This document shows positions 1-6,866 of a DNA stretch of 16,257 nt, piece by piece. Positions within the stretch are counted from its first letter, which is position 1; every line of letters begins with the position of its first letter. This DNA is from Pseudomonadota bacterium (lineage in GTDB: Bacteria; Bdellovibrionota_G; JALEGL01; DATDPG01). The notes beneath the pieces were generated by a model that was not told the DNA's origin, ran no database searches, and saw only the letters and a program-made list of their open reading frames with translations. The translations under genes were made by a program, and so were the position numbers. The stretch is taken from positions 1-16,257 of the forward strand of contig JAZDDX010000014.1 of assembly GCA_043809315.1 (NCBI GenBank). Direction: 5' to 3'.

Positions 1-264
1 CGTCACCATTCCTGGCGCTGATCGAATTCATCGTTGGATTCGACCCCGGCTTGGCTGATCTCGGCTTCGGATTGGTAGGAGGTCATCTCCTCCGCGGCCA
101 CGAGAAAGGGGATCCTCCCGTGCATGTCGAAAAAGGTTTCAGAACCAGTTGCAAGCGTGAACTTTTTTCATAGTTGTTCAACCATTTAGATTTTCTAAGC
201 AATTGAAATCATGAAGATATCTAAAGCTCAGGACCTGGAACGACTCTTGCTGTTGTAACCTCCC

Positions 265-1776
265 ATGAAGAAACTTTGTTGGGGCTTCGTACTCCTCTTA
301 GCGGCGTGTGGGACCCGAGAGAACGGCGTTTCCACGAAGGAGTCCGTTCTGGGCTCCTCTATTATTACGGACGAGCCGACCCCGACCCCAACGGCTACGC
401 CGACCCCAACGGCTACGCCGACCGCGACTCCGAGACCTATGCCCAAGCCCCCCGGTTCAACGCCAACGCCCACACCGACCGCGACACCCCCCCGGACGCC
501 AACCCCCACCCCCACTCCGACACGAACACCCACGGTCACGCCCACTCCGACTCCCACCTCCCCGCCCAGCACGAGCTGCAAGGGCACCCCGCTGGATGGG
601 TTTGTGAGGGTGGCCGGCGGGGACTTGTGCCTGAACGGGAAAGGGTTCTTCTTCGGCTCCACGAACGGCTACGACATGCCGTCGCTCCAGACGTGGAACC
701 CCCCCGCCGTGGACAACCGGTACAACGCGTTCAGCGCGGTGGGAATCGACGCGGTGAGGATGTTCTTCTTCAACGACGGCGGGATGACCTGCGCGGACCC
801 CGTGGACGGGGGCACGATCCAGACCTCTCCGGGCGTTTACAGCGAAAGCGCGCTGCGGGCGTTGGACATCGTGGTCAAGAAGGCCAAGGACCGCGGGATC
901 AAAATCCTGGCCACCTTCACGAACAACCAGAACGACGCAAACGGAGGAATGTGCCGGTATCTCTTGTGGGCGGGCGTCATTTCGAACCCGTCCGAGTACA
1001 ACTGGGACCTGGCCACGCAGTACTACCAGAACGCTTCGATCAAGACGTGGGTGAAGAATTACATGACGATGCTCATGAACCGGACGAACACCCAAACCGG
1101 CATTCCGTACAAGAATGAACCTACGATCATGGCCTGGGAAATCATGAACGAACCGCGCGGCTCCACATGGGCGAATCCGGCGATCGTCCGGGATTGGCTG
1201 CGCGAGATGGCCCAGCACATCAAGAGCGTGGATCCGAAACATTTGGTCACCACGGGCGAAGAGGGATTCGACAACGATCCGCCGGCGTACGATTCCTACA
1301 TCACGACGAATTACATGTGGGCGTTCAACGGAAGCGTGGGGACCAGCTACACGATGAACACGGCGATCCCGGAGATCGATTTCGCGAGCATCCACAACTA
1401 CCAGTACTTCCCGGGGATTGCGAACGACACGACCGCCGGCCGGCACTGGATCCTGGGGCACAACAACATCGCGCGGCGTTTCGGGAAACCGATGTTCATC
1501 GGCGAATACGGCCTCACGACGAACGGCTACGGGGGTGGGCTCTGGTACTATCCGGGCGCCAACTACCAGCCGAAGATCGATGCGTTCTCGAACTGGTGGG
1601 CGCTGATCGAAAGCACGCCGGGGATCTCGGGGGATATGCTGTGGCAGTTCGTGGAAGACGGAAGCCCCTGGTGGCTGGCCTACTCGCCGTCCAACATCTA
1701 CTACACGAGCGACACGCTCATCTGGCCGTTGTTCCAGCTGCACAACGAGAGGATGAAGGCCAAAGCGGGGCCGTAA
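265..1776 (+). CDS. GH5 glycoside hydrolase lipoprotein, probable endo-1,4-beta-mannanase (GH5_7-like), with N-terminal Pro/Thr linker
   Basis: 503-aa ORF. Signal peptide [15 protein letters not shown] carries a lipobox (LAA-C), followed by a (PT)n linker. GH5 motifs: AWEIMNEPR (acid/base Glu), [28 protein letters not shown] (nucleophile Glu), GDMLWQF. Confidence 0.88.
   Translation: MKKLCWGFVLLLAACGTRENGVSTKESVLGSSIITDEPTPTPTATPTPTATPTATPRPMPKPPGSTPTPTPTATPPRTPTPTPTPTRTPTVTPTPTPTSPPSTSCKGTPLDGFVRVAGGDLCLNGKGFFFGSTNGYDMPSLQTWNPPAVDNRYNAFSAVGIDAVRMFFFNDGGMTCADPVDGGTIQTSPGVYSESALRALDIVVKKAKDRGIKILATFTNNQNDANGGMCRYLLWAGVISNPSEYNWDLATQYYQNASIKTWVKNYMTMLMNRTNTQTGIPYKNEPTIMAWEIMNEPRGSTWANPAIVRDWLREMAQHIKSVDPKHLVTTGEEGFDNDPPAYDSYITTNYMWAFNGSVGTSYTMNTAIPEIDFASIHNYQYFPGIANDTTAGRHWILGHNNIARRFGKPMFIGEYGLTTNGYGGGLWYYPGANYQPKIDAFSNWWALIESTPGISGDMLWQFVEDGSPWWLAYSPSNIYYTSDTLIWPLFQLHNERMKAKAGP
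376..566 (+). repeat. Low-complexity Pro/Thr linker, including the 18-bp tandem unit CCGACCCCAACGGCTACG (about 2.3 copies, 382-423)
   Basis: The tandem repeat is directly visible and encodes [14 protein letters not shown]..., typical of carbohydrate-active enzyme linkers. Confidence 0.9.
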
Positions 1777-1798
1777 CTAAGGACTGACAACCCTCCCC

Positions 1799-1827
1799 TT
1801 GAAATCCTGAATTGAATTCAGTAGTTT
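1799..1827 (+). promoter_or_regulatory. Putative sigma-70 promoter TTGAAA-N17-TAGTTT with a perfect palindrome CTGAATT-G-AATTCAG (1807-1821) in the spacer
   Basis: -35 matches 5/6, spacer is 17 nt, -10 fits TAnnnT and ends 18 nt before the ATG at 1846. The 7-bp inverted repeat was read directly. Confidence 0.55.
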
Positions 1828-1845
1828 CCCGCGCCTCCGCGCACC

Positions 1846-2685
1846 ATGGAATTCATCGGGATCGACATCGGGGCTCTCTTCGTCAAAGCGGTCCGTGTGG
1901 ACCGATCGGGGAAGATCCTTCAGAGCTTCTACGAACGGCACCGCGGCCAACCGGCCGAGGCGTTGGCGGAGGCCTTTGACCGCCTGAGTGTTACCGCAAA
2001 CGACGCCATAGGCCTGACGGGCTGCAACGCCGAGCTCTTCGCCCGGACGCTCGACCTCCCCTACCGCGACGTCACGCTCTGCCAGCTCGATTCCATCCGG
2101 CGGCGGGTCCCCGACGCACGGTACATCATGGATATCGGCGGAGGTTCGGCCACGTTGATCCAGCTCGACGAGCACGGGAAATTCCAGGGATATGCGACCA
2201 ACTCCCTCTGCGCCGCGGGGACGGGGTCGTTTCTCGACGAGCAGGCGGGGCGCCTGGGAATTTCGTACGACGACGCCAAGCACTTCCTCCACAACCCCAA
2301 TCCCCCCACCATCGCCACCCGCTGCGCGGTTTTCGCCAAAAGCGACCTGATCCACCGCCAGCAGGAGGGGTGCAGCCGGATGGATATGTGGTCCGGCCTC
2401 TGCCGCGGGATGACCCGGACGCTTTTGGGAACTCTTTTGAACGGCCGCCCGCTGGACGGCAAGACGGCGGTCATCGGCGGGGTCGCCCTGAACGCGGAGG
2501 TGGTCCGTTGGCTGGAGCATGCCTGGCCCGATCGGATCGCGGTTCCCGAGAACCCCCATTTGATCGCCGCGGCGGGCGCAGCTCTCTTTTGGGGAAAAAA
2601 CCTGCCGAGCCGAACTCGAACGTCGCGGGCGGTTTCCTCGCGCGAGAGCCCACGCCGCGGATGTATCCTTGATCAATCGGGCTAG
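1846..2685 (+). CDS. BadF/BadG/BcrA/BcrD-type (2-hydroxyacyl-CoA dehydratase activator) ATPase domain; probably the truncated first domain of a PlsA/Ger-like multidomain protein
   Basis: ASKHA motifs IGIDIG, DIGGG, CAAGTGSFLDEQAGRLG, RCAVFAKSDLIH, GGVALN and AAGAAL. Recognisable homology ends near 2590, and the last ~33 aa look like read-through to a stop shared with the convergent gene. Confidence 0.85.
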   Translation: MEFIGIDIGALFVKAVRVDRSGKILQSFYERHRGQPAEALAEAFDRLSVTANDAIGLTGCNAELFARTLDLPYRDVTLCQLDSIRRRVPDARYIMDIGGGSATLIQLDEHGKFQGYATNSLCAAGTGSFLDEQAGRLGISYDDAKHFLHNPNPPTIATRCAVFAKSDLIHRQQEGCSRMDMWSGLCRGMTRTLLGTLLNGRPLDGKTAVIGGVALNAEVVRWLEHAWPDRIAVPENPHLIAAAGAALFWGKNLPSRTRTSRAVSSRESPRRGCILDQSG

Positions 2686-4484
2686 CCGCACCCGCAACCG
2701 GAGCCGCAGCCAGACGCTTCCGCCTTTGTTTCCCCCGCGATCGGGAGCGACACCCGTCGTAGCGCGACCGCCTCACCTTCGCTCAACATGGAGGGAGCTT
2801 TTCCGAGATCGTATTCGCCTTTGTACCTATCGAGCGAAACACTGATCGATTCCTCGACCCGATCCCGATACTCGGGGCCGGAATTGTAGGTGCAGAACGG
2901 ATAGATCTTCCCGTCCCGCGCCGAGTAGTGGATCACGCAGCGTTTCACCCGCTCGATGTCGTAGTTGTACGGATCCTGGAAATGCATCCCGGCGATGAAG
3001 AGCGTCGGATAGGCGTTCTTCGTCTGGTGTTCAGGGTTCCCCGAAACCTCTTTGTCTTTGTAGCCGTCGACCACCTTCAGAAGACGGTTGAAAGTGAGTC
3101 CTTTCGGAGCCTTCTTGGAGTTGAAATGACGATGGAGGATGTTCAGCGCTTTTGCTTTCGAAAAGAGCTGGATCCCGAGCGCCTGCCCCCGCTTCTCGTT
3201 TTTCTCCCGGATCTCTCGTTGAAGGAGTTGCACGTCGATCAACGCCTGACGCAGGTTGAAGAACGAATCGAGCGAGACCGCCTCTTCGCGGTTCTCGGGG
3301 TTGACGAAGAGATACGCTCCCGCCCCGCAGTCGGGGTGGCAGGTGACCGTCATGGCGGGCTCGCCGGAAAGGACCTCCGAGAGCTTTGAGAACGGCGAGG
3401 TGCAGCCGAGGGGCAGCCAGCCACCGTTGGCTTGGATCATGCCGTCGGTCTGTTTTTCCGCATCCATTGCCAGGTGGGTCATCGTGTATCTCTTCGCCAG
3501 GCGGTTCGATTCGTTGATCCGTCCCGTAAAGCAGACAGGCTGGAAGGCGATTCCGACGATCACGTCGGAGTTCCGTGTGGCAAATCGGATGATGTCGCCG
3601 ACCTGGTGATCGTTCAGTCCTTTGACCATGGTCGGTACCAGAACGATTTTCAGCCCGACCTTACGCGCGTTCTCGACCACCTTTTTCTTCATCTCGGTGA
3701 CGTTTTCCGCACGCGTCTTGAACGCGACGTCATCGCTGACACCGTCGAATTGCAGGTAAATCGTATTGAGGCCCGACTCTTGAGCCTTTTTCGCGAACGA
3801 AAGGTTCGAGAGGTTCTTGCCGTTCGAGGCGACCTGGATGTGCCAGAACCCCATCTCTTTGGCCATGGCGCAGATCTTGTGGAACTGCGGATGGATCGTC
3901 GGTTCGCCGCCGGAGAACTGGACCACCTTGGCCGGGACCGGTTTCATGTCGCGCAGGTTCTGGAGCATCTTGCGGATCTCGGAGAGTTCCGGCTCGCAGA
4001 CGTAGCCGGCGGCGTTCGCGTTGGCGAAGCAGACGGGGCAGGTCATGTCGCAACGGTTGGTGACGTCGACGTTGGCGAGCGCGGTGTGGCTGTGGTGCAT
4101 GTTGCACAAGCCGCAGTCGGTCAGGCACGACTTGCCGTCGGCGACGATCGGGTTCGAAACCCCCTGTCCGTCGGCCATCCGGTGTGTGAACATGCTCATG
4201 TAGATGTCGACGTCGGGGGAGATCAGCTCCTTGAAGTAGCCGTGGTCTTTGCAGGTCTTGTCCATCCAGACCTTGCCGTCCTCTTCGAACTTTCTCGCTT
4301 GGATGACCTGAATACATTCCGGGCAGAGCGATTCGGTTTCGTACGGGAGAGACCAGGGGATTTCCTTAATTGGGTACCCGGAGTGGGTGGTCTCCGGTTG
4401 ATCGAACCAGTACGGGCGACCCGGATTTGCATCCGGTTGAGTATTCGTTTCAATCTTTCGAGCGACAGCGCCAAACCCAAACAT
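2682..4484 (-). CDS. tes: Radical SAM enzyme of the tetraether synthase Tes / GDGT-MAS (MJ0619) family
   Basis: Motifs in order: rubredoxin-like CPEC...KTCKDHG; auxiliary cluster CLTDCGLC; radical SAM NVDVTNRCDMTCPVCFANAN; FSGGEPT; YLQFDG; FQPVCFTGR; HPDCG; MHFQDPYNYDIERVKRCVIHY...IYPFCTYN. Start moved from TTG 4499 to ATG 4484 because a GGAGG SD lies just upstream; 600 aa. Confidence 0.88.
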   Translation of the reverse strand: MFGFGAVARKIETNTQPDANPGRPYWFDQPETTHSGYPIKEIPWSLPYETESLCPECIQVIQARKFEEDGKVWMDKTCKDHGYFKELISPDVDIYMSMFTHRMADGQGVSNPIVADGKSCLTDCGLCNMHHSHTALANVDVTNRCDMTCPVCFANANAAGYVCEPELSEIRKMLQNLRDMKPVPAKVVQFSGGEPTIHPQFHKICAMAKEMGFWHIQVASNGKNLSNLSFAKKAQESGLNTIYLQFDGVSDDVAFKTRAENVTEMKKKVVENARKVGLKIVLVPTMVKGLNDHQVGDIIRFATRNSDVIVGIAFQPVCFTGRINESNRLAKRYTMTHLAMDAEKQTDGMIQANGGWLPLGCTSPFSKLSEVLSGEPAMTVTCHPDCGAGAYLFVNPENREEAVSLDSFFNLRQALIDVQLLQREIREKNEKRGQALGIQLFSKAKALNILHRHFNSKKAPKGLTFNRLLKVVDGYKDKEVSGNPEHQTKNAYPTLFIAGMHFQDPYNYDIERVKRCVIHYSARDGKIYPFCTYNSGPEYRDRVEESISVSLDRYKGEYDLGKAPSMLSEGEAVALRRVSLPIAGETKAEASGCGSGCGCG

Positions 4485-4524
4485 GACAACAGCCTCCAAA
4501 TGAAGTTAGTTCGCGGCGAACCTG

Positions 4525-4541
4525 AGCAAGGGATGTGCCAG
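4525..4541 (-). promoter_or_regulatory. Sigma-54 (-24/-12) promoter for the tes-like gene
   Basis: Minus strand reads CTGGCACATCCCTTGCT, matching TGGCAC-N5-TTGC(A/T) with exact spacing, 40 nt upstream of the ATG. Confidence 0.8.
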
Positions 4542-4628
4542 TTGAGAGCGAGCTTGGGCGCGGGAAGAATCTGATATTGTGGGTGGAATTCGAAGGTTTG
4601 AGTGGAGGAGAAGAAGAAGAAACAGAAA

Positions 4629-4646
4629 ATGCACCACGCGGTGCAT
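4629..4646. promoter_or_regulatory. Palindrome ATGCACC-ACGC-GGTGCAT; candidate upstream activating sequence for a bacterial enhancer-binding protein
   Basis: Perfect 7-bp inverted repeat about 90-105 bp upstream of the sigma-54 site. Resembles the NtrC-type TGCACC-N5-GGTGCA site but with a 4-nt spacer. Confidence 0.55.
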
Positions 4647-4741
4647 CTCCTGGTTAATGTTGTGTTGATAACTACCTGATTACATTAGAAGTCCCCCGTT
4701 TGTTCGTAAGTGTCCGGATTTCTGACGTTTTGGTGCTTTGT

Positions 4742-5053
4742 CTACTCGGGAAAGACGCCCTTGGGCTTGGTGGGACCCGGGGTGTATTCGAAGGCGAACG
4801 ACTCGCAGGAGAGATAGAACGTCGTCTCATTTGCGTCGACGCAGGTCCCCTCGTATCGGATCGAGCCGGTGTTCGAAACACGCGAGAGATTCAGCTTCAT
4901 GCATTGGCTGGCGAAGATCGGGGAGCTCGATCCGCCGCCGGTGCAGGTCATGAGACCTTTCTGATCGGTCAGAATCTTTTCAACGTTCAGCTTCGTCTCG
5001 GCAAACGACGTGGAAGCAAGGACGACTGCGAGCGCGGCGATCCAGTTCTTCAT
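4742..5053 (-). CDS. Small secreted hypothetical protein with four Cys
   Basis: 103 aa with Sec signal peptide MKNWIAALAVVLASTSFA. ATGA overlap with the BMC-T stop (5050-5053) and a purine-rich SD upstream. Confidence 0.7.
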   Translation of the reverse strand: MKNWIAALAVVLASTSFAETKLNVEKILTDQKGLMTCTGGGSSSPIFASQCMKLNLSRVSNTGSIRYEGTCVDANETTFYLSCESFAFEYTPGPTKPKGVFPE

Positions 5054-5691
5054 TTCTTCCCCTCGTTTTCCCGTCCGGTGACGGCGGCGAGCGATGCGTT
5101 CACCGCTTTGGCCGCCTCCTTGATCTCGTCTTCATTCCCCGAAAGATAGAGCCGCCCGAACGCTCCGAACGACATCATCTCGAGCAGCTTGATCGGAGAG
5201 GCCTTCTCCGCCTCGTTCGCGGCGAACGCCGCGTACCCGGCGGGGTGAACCTCCATGATGTAGAACGCTTCCCCCTCGTCGATCAGCTGGCCGTGCCGCA
5301 TCCGGTTGATCAGCATCGTCTGGTGTCCGTCGATATCGGTGATGATCTCGCTCGTCATGACACGCGGCTTGAGTCTGGCGCTCTCATCGAGGCCGAAGTG
5401 TGCGAGGATCGCCGCCCCGGCCTCCCGCACCTGTCCTTGATCAAAGCTGTGCAGTTCGAGAAGCCCGAACTCCCGCTCCACGATCTGCATCGCCGGCGTC
5501 ACGCTCGTTCTCTTGAGCGCGATGTCGGTCACGCGGTTGATCGCGATGCCGGGGGAGATCTCGATGAAGAGAGAAGCTTGTCCTTCTAACGGCTGGAATC
5601 CTTGTGCCACCGTCTGGAGAAACCCGGTCATCTGCGGTTGGAGGATGTCGAGGTAGATGTAAGTGCGAAGGTCGATTCGATCAGCGGCCAT
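5050..5691 (-). CDS. Bacterial microcompartment shell protein, tandem-domain BMC-T (CcmP/CsoS1D/Haliangium BMC-T2-like)
   Basis: Motifs LRTYIYLDILQPQ, EISPGIAINRVTDIALK, VEREFGLLELH, PAGYAAFAANEAEKAS and FGAFGRLYLSG are characteristic of stacked/gated BMC-T trimers. Start is ATG 5691 or GTG 5700. Confidence 0.92.
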   Translation of the reverse strand: MAADRIDLRTYIYLDILQPQMTGFLQTVAQGFQPLEGQASLFIEISPGIAINRVTDIALKRTSVTPAMQIVEREFGLLELHSFDQGQVREAGAAILAHFGLDESARLKPRVMTSEIITDIDGHQTMLINRMRHGQLIDEGEAFYIMEVHPAGYAAFAANEAEKASPIKLLEMMSFGAFGRLYLSGNEDEIKEAAKAVNASLAAVTGRENEGKK

Positions 5692-5700
5692 GTGCGGCAC

Positions 5701-6186
5701 TCAATGTAGCTGGGTTTCCATTTCGCGCAACGCTTCTTTCGCGGGGAGATACTCCGGATCCGCGTGGAGTGCCTTCCGGAGTTCTTCCGTGGCCCGGTTC
5801 AGCATCCCCTTCTTGGCGAAGATCCTTCCGAGGTTGAAGTGGGGGAAACAGTAGCTGTCGTACTTTTTGGCCAGGGTCGCCTTCTCGAGATACGGGATCG
5901 CGTCGTCGTCTTTCCCCAACTCGATCAGATACGCCCCGATGTCGTTCCAGGGGTTCCCGAATTCGGGATCGATGGCGATGGCCCGCTTACACTCGTCGAT
6001 CGCTTCCTGATAGCGCCCCAGAAAACTGTAGGTCCAACCGAGAAACGTGTGCGCCTCCGCCGTCGGCTCGAGCTCGAGCGAACGTTTGTAGAGGCGGACC
6101 GCCTCGTCCAGTTTTCCCTGCATCTGGAGCTGGTACGCCTGGGAAAACCAGTAGCGGGCGTCGATTCGTGTGGAGTGTTCGTTCAT
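5701..6186 (-). CDS. Tetratricopeptide repeat protein (about 4 TPRs)
   Basis: Repeats AEAHTFLGWTYSFLGRYQEAIDECKRAIAIDP, NPWNDIGAYLIELG..AIPYLEKA and HFNLGRIFAKKG..A...LRKAL. ATG 6186 preferred over TTG 6207. Confidence 0.88.
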   Translation of the reverse strand: MNEHSTRIDARYWFSQAYQLQMQGKLDEAVRLYKRSLELEPTAEAHTFLGWTYSFLGRYQEAIDECKRAIAIDPEFGNPWNDIGAYLIELGKDDDAIPYLEKATLAKKYDSYCFPHFNLGRIFAKKGMLNRATEELRKALHADPEYLPAKEALREMETQLH

Positions 6187-6197
6187 CAACGGTCGAG

Positions 6198-6226
6198 CGT
6201 CTATCAATGGGGGGAGGGGGTGTCAA
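6198..6226 (-). promoter_or_regulatory. Putative sigma-70 promoter for the TPR / BMC-T / secreted protein operon
   Basis: Minus strand reads TTGACA-N17-TAGACG with a TGn extended -10. The -35 is perfect and the -10 imperfect. Confidence 0.45.
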
Positions 6227-6262
6227 TCGATCTCCGGGGTTGGCCGGAAGCCGTTTCGTTTG

Positions 6263-6455
6263 TTGGACGAGTCGATTCCCCGCTTCTCCGGCGTCGTCAA
6301 TGTCGAACGGGCGAAGAACCCGATCCTTCTGGCTCGCATGCTTCAGAACGAAGAGGACCGCGTTTTAGAGGGGGAAGGAGCGAGCGCTTTTGCGAAACGG
6401 AAGCGGGTGAAGTCGTTTAATCCGATTACAGAGGAGCGATGGGGGGGGTGGCGAC
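6263..6455 (+). pseudogene. Internal fragment of an isoaspartyl peptidase/L-asparaginase (Ntn-hydrolase) gene
   Basis: RFSGVVNVERAKNPILLARMLQNEEDRVLEGEGASAFAK...NPITEERW matches the family pattern (V..+KNP+..AR......+L.GEGA..FA). No N-terminus and no catalytic Thr region. Confidence 0.65.
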
Positions 6456-6461
6456 AGATCG

Positions 6462-6866
6462 ATCGGGAAGACGTTCCTCGCCGAACAGGATCTGGCTCGG
6501 GCGAAGCGGACATTCTTGGATGGCGTGACGCTTTTTCCCGAGCATCCGCTGATGGTGGCCTATCTCGGGTTCGTGACCCTTCTTTGGGCCGCTCAAAATG
6601 GTGAGAAGGACGGGAGAGAGTACGACCGGGCGAAGAAGGCGGTGATCAAGGCGAGATAGTTGCTTTCGGACGACGCCGACGCCCACTACCTGGTGGCCAA
6701 AGTGTTCATCCTGGAAGGGGAGGAGGAGAAGGCCCGTCAGGCGCTGAAACGGACCCTGACGCTCGACCCGCACCACCCCACCGCCTCGATCGATCTCAAG
6801 AAGAGCGAGGAGCGATCCGAACTGAAATCGGCGAGCACCTCTTCGATCTTCAGGTGGAAGGCGTAG
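6462..6866 (+). pseudogene. C-terminal fragment of a TPR protein gene with an in-frame TAG at 6657-6659
   Basis: One frame reads IGKTFLAEQDLARAKRTFLDGVTLFPEHPLMVAYLG...AKKAVIKAR*LLSDDADAHYLVAKVFILEGEEEKARQALKRTLTLDPHHPTA. TPR periodicity continues across the stop; no credible start. Confidence 0.65.

Noticed and set aside
30-80. Plus-strand peptide IVGFDPGLADLGFGLV resembling the RuvC N-terminal motif
   Set aside because: The frame stops at about 173 with no further RuvC motifs; probably chance.
376-566. Repeat array considered as a possible CRISPR
   Set aside because: No unique spacers; the repeats are in-frame Pro/Thr codons.
228-1787. Overlapping ORFs 228-662(-), 276-1118(+), 457-1743(-) and 1167-1787(+)
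   Set aside because: Shadow frames of the GC-rich GH5 gene; the GV repeat is simply the antisense of the PT linker.
2592-2601. Slippery heptamers G GGA AAA and A AAA AAC suggesting programmed -1 frameshifting
   Set aside because: The -1 frame ends at 2672 with no downstream domain, so recoding would add nothing.
6657-6659. In-frame TAG as pyrrolysine or stop-codon reassignment
   Set aside because: TAG ends apparently genuine genes here (tes-like gene, secreted protein), and the fragment lacks a start; a nonsense mutation is simpler.
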